Both the position numbers and the translations under genes were made by a program. Positions 60,500-64,000 of a stretch of DNA of 64,000 bases are shown here, in pieces. The stretch lies in contig NC_068983.1 of NCBI RefSeq assembly GCF_001194135.2, forward strand, positions 102,114,282 to 102,178,281. The letters run 5' to 3'. This DNA is from Octopus bimaculoides. Its lineage: Eukaryota. The notes under the pieces are model-generated. The model did no database searches. It was not told the origin of the DNA and saw only the letters and a list, made by a program, of their open reading frames with translations. Positions within the stretch are counted from its first letter, which is position 1; each line of letters starts with the position of its first letter.

Positions 60500-62737
60500 T
60501 GAAAAGCTTACCTGGTGAGCATAAATAGTATCATATATAAGAGTCCAAGTAATACAGCTTAAATACAAAGGGAGAACAACTGACCAGTCACATGAACCTC
60601 TCACTGCTGACCAACCTAACAGAGCACCGTAGTTGAATGTTAATCCTTAAATAGAAAACATATTGACAATCTATTAATTCATGTGTTCATATATGTCTCT
60701 GTTTGTTATATATGTACTCAGTTACAAAGTTGTAATGACAAAAATATTATCATCCTAGTAACAGAATGGAATAACAATTTAGCTTTCTGACGTGTGTGTG
60801 CACATGTGTATGTGTGTGTTTGTGTATATATATATATTTATATATACACACACATATATATATAAGTGAAAAGGCAAATAAAAAAAACAAGCTACCACTT
60901 GACAAGTCACCTGAGGAGACACACCTGCATTTACAATGCACCACAATTGTTTATATAGCATCTCACCTGTGAGATACCAGCATATGATGGATCGAAATGT
61001 CCTGTGAATTACATTTTCTTTTTCTCATATATATATGATACATAGACAGATAGACTGATACATACACTAACTACTACTCTTCAGTCTTACTATTTAGCTA
61101 CCTCTTGCTATCCACCACTCTCTCATGTTGGAGCCATGATAAAAGGTATCTGATACATTGTGTAAATTGTGGAGAGAGTTAAGAGAACCATTCAGTCTTG
61201 TTTGTGATATAATAACCTCCCTGGTACTGATGCCATGAAAAACTGCATTCATTACATTCTGTGAAGTGGCTGGAGTTAAGCAGGACATCCAGTCAGAGAA
61301 ACTAAGGCAAAAATTAAACTTAGAAGAGAGATGTAACCTGACTCATTAAAGATAGCAGCAACGACCTGTCTAGCTTATGGCAGCATGGTTAACAAATGCA
61401 AAATGATGATGTATACATACAAACACACGTATATAAATATATATAAACTGTGAACAAGCCCTACATTAAATGAAAAAGGTTCTACTATAATCAGGAGATG
61501 TTACAGACTGCAACAAAGAAGACTCATCAAAGATGGCAGTAAATGTATGTAAATATTAAAAAAGTCAAAAACATACAGAGTAGAAAATCCTGGCAGACAA
61601 TCTCTAATGCCGATAGCATAGGACGCCTTCAATTGTAAAAATCATGCCACAAAAGGATGAAATGAAAACAGTGTGGATGAAGTCTGCAAGCCACAGCAAA
61701 GGCTATCTGTTTAGGAGGTAGTAGCGCTAAATAAAAACTGACACATAGTAGAGATTACTCTTTAGTTTTGCTACAACAATCTCATTAATGTTGGCGGCAC
61801 AAAAAACATAGTCCATGCTGTAAAATAGTTGGCAATAGAAAGACATCAATGCATAAAGACATTTCTCCCTCATGCCTCACATAACAGAGACTGGTGGTTT
61901 TGTATTAGAATAAAGAAGAACCACCACATATGGTGAGGTGCAGCACTGGAACAGATCCATTCCAGCCAATGCAAGCATGAAAAAACAGATGTTGATGATG
62001 ATAGCGATATAATTAGGTGATTGTCAGATGGAGAAGACTCATTGGCTTGATAAGCTACAGAATGTCAGAGAAGACTGGTGATTGTAGAAAGCACCCAATT
62101 TCCAAGCAGATTCAATTTACACTAGGACAGACATATGAATAGGAATACAGACACACTAAAAACAAAAGGAAGAAAAAACAAAAAAACTTGGCAGCACCAA
62201 AACGGTCGTACTAGTCTGGCATAAGGCTGAGATAAATCAAAAAATAAAATTATACAGAATTAATCTTGGTATCATGTAACACTTGCACATGAAGAACAAA
62301 GATACAATTTATTGCAACAGTATCTTTTCTTTTTTTTTTTACTTGTTACAGTCATTGGATTGCAGCAATGCTGCAGGAATACCACTTTGAAGGGGTTTTA
62401 GTGAAACAAATCAACCTCTACTTATTTTTAAAGTTTGGTACTTATTTTATTGGTCTATTAGTAATAGGAACCAATGTTTCATTCAGCAGTTTCCAGTAAA
62501 AGCTTTCCTGGTAGATATAAATAGTTCCATAAATAAGAGATGAATTGATTTAGCACAAACACAGAAAGGAGAACTGGTGGCTCCCTTGCTATTGACAAAC
62601 TTAGAAAAAATTCAAAGTAAAATAATAGAACAAGCATTAAAATATACTTACCCAGTACAATCTGTGGCCAATAGGTAAAACGTTTAGCTAGTGGATATGT
62701 TGTTACAAACAGCATTGAAGTTGTTCCCAGAATAACA
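55301..62737 (-). CDS. COQ2: 4-hydroxybenzoate polyprenyltransferase (mitochondrial), 3' part; upstream exons lie beyond the window
   Basis: complement(join(55301-55423,57081-57269,60512-60645,62652-62737)), GT-AG introns, consistent phases. UbiA/COQ2 motifs [51 protein letters not shown]. Confidence 0.96.
55925..56205 (+). mobile_element. tRNA-derived SINE, fourth family, with V/Meta-like central motif
   Basis: A box TGGCCTAGTGG, B-box-like GGTTTGAATC, central gatggaccagcatcccatccaa motif. Domain naming is from memory and unverified. Confidence 0.6.
57081..57269 (-). CDS. COQ2: COQ2 penultimate exon ([22 protein letters not shown]...HVANQ)
   Basis: Minus strand atcag| ... CAA|gtaaga, 189 nt. 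Confidence 0.96.
57442..57796. repeat. 355-bp palindrome (154-bp arms, 47-bp spacer) containing tRNA-like sequence, in a COQ2 intron
   Basis: Arms 57442-57595 and 57643-57796 differ at 5 of 154 positions by manual alignment. Confidence 0.95.
57533..57606 (-). pseudogene. tRNA-Thr(CGT)-like cloverleaf within the palindrome
   Basis: GGGCAGTT TA GTTT-AATGGTA-AAAC A CTTGA-CACGTAA-TCA(C)AG AGAT GTGAG-TTCGAGT-CTCAT GGCTGGCC A. D and T stems pair. The anticodon stem has one bulged C, position 33 is A rather than U, and the acceptor stem has a G-G mismatch. Confidence 0.7.
60512..60645 (-). CDS. COQ2: COQ2 internal exon ([21 protein letters not shown]...YDTIYAHQ)
   Basis: Minus strand ttaag| ... 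CAG|gtaagc, 134 nt. Confidence 0.96.
62652..62737 (-). CDS. COQ2: COQ2 internal exon ([28 protein letters not shown])
   Basis: Minus strand ttcag| ... G|gtaagt, 86 nt. Confidence 0.94.
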
Positions 62738-64000
62738 CTGAATAGAAAAATGAAATTAACAGCAAACTCAATAGTACATGTGACACAAGCACTTTAGTAT
62801 TATTAACCCTTTAGTGTTCAGATTATTCTATCAAACATAATGCTTATTGATTCACATTGATTTGAATTAAGCATGCATTATCTCATATCTTCAAGATCTT
62901 GATGGTGTAAGTACTTAATGTAGAATAACATTGTAGTGTAGGTGTGAGAGCTTGGATCTGGTCAGTTTGAACATAAAACAGATTAAACATTTCGGCCGGA
63001 TATGGCCGGTTTAAATACTAAAGGGTTATTCTGACACAACATGTGAAGCAAGCATTGTTTATTTAAATAGAATTAAAATGAACACTATGGAATGCTTATT
63101 ATCTGATAAATATACATGTTTAGTGAAATTTCAGATAATGATTGAATTCAAAGTTCACTAAAAATAGAGATTTAAGTACCATATTTATATTTTTATTACT
63201 GAAGATGTGGCTGAGTGGTAAGAAGTGTACTTCTCAACCATATGGTTTAGGGTTCAGTCCAACTGTGTGGCACTTAGGGCAAGTGTCTTCTACTATAGTC
63301 CCAGGCTGACTCAAGCCCTGTGAGTGAATTTGGTAGATGGAAGTGGTAAGAAAAGTGTTGTACATATATGTATTATATGTGTATGTATGCATTACTGTCT
63401 TCTTGCCATGACACCATGTGATAGTTGTAAACAATTGTCACTATCATACAAGCAGTGTCTTTAATTTCCAGTCTTTGGAAACAGGTGAGAGTTAGCAACA
63501 GGAAGTGTATGAAGCTGCGGAAAATCTACCACAACAAAATCTGTCTGACATATGTGAGCACGGAGAGCATCCCTCATCATTTTGTAGGAGCTCAGAGACC
63601 TGTGCTGTGTGAGGAAGGATGATAGGAACTATAAAACTGGTATAAATCCCTGCAACAAAGTAGACTCTGCAAAAGGCACCTGAAGGTCAGATAGTGGTGT
63701 TAAACTAGGTACCTGAGTAAGCCTACCAATCGAGAACAAGTATAGTTCATCTGATAAGATTTTACACAGCTTCTATTTTCACTTGGCTTCAGCCACTTGT
63801 GGCTATAGGAAGACCAAAGTAACATGTAGTGGAGCTGAATTCAGAATGAAATGATTACACAACAAACTTTTTACCCACATTGTCATGCTTGTCTCATATA
63901 GACAACAAAGTCCACATAATGCTGTGATTAAAATATGCTGAGTCCAATTACCAAGATTACTGAGAAGTTATTAGGTATACATAATTAATAGGAGCAGGCA

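Overview
AT-rich, microsatellite- and repeat-dense animal genomic DNA with five N gaps (3103-3112, 5982-6694, 10523-10690, 25317-25498, 54123-54448). It is most likely an octopus or other coleoid cephalopod; this is inferred from the repeat families and was not checked by search. I traced by hand a complete 22-coding-exon COG5 gene (+, 15866-49766, about 810 aa, all GT-AG introns, phases consistent) and the last four coding exons of COQ2 (-, 55301-62737). The two genes are convergent. An intact tRNA-Arg(ACG) lies at 12459-12531. The rest is transposon debris: a Helitron PIF1 helicase, a Merlin transposase, an internally deleted Gypsy element with one LTR, three stacked R4/Dong-like 3' ends, RTE, CR1-like and Penelope-like RT remnants, a Helentron-like piece, at least four tRNA-derived SINE families and several MITEs. 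I found no new protein-coding system and nothing prokaryotic. The best leads are structural: (1) a 355-bp near-perfect palindrome in a COQ2 intron whose arms carry a tRNA-Thr(CGT)-like cloverleaf; (2) a 1.7-kb foldback in COG5 intron 14; (3) an inverted pair of young SINEs bracketing COG5 exons 16-19; (4) direct evidence that one SINE head uses alternative bodies, one ending in the RTE LINE 3' tail; (5) stacked R4/Dong-like ends next to (TACA)n. Repeat boundaries and percent identities are by eye and approximate.
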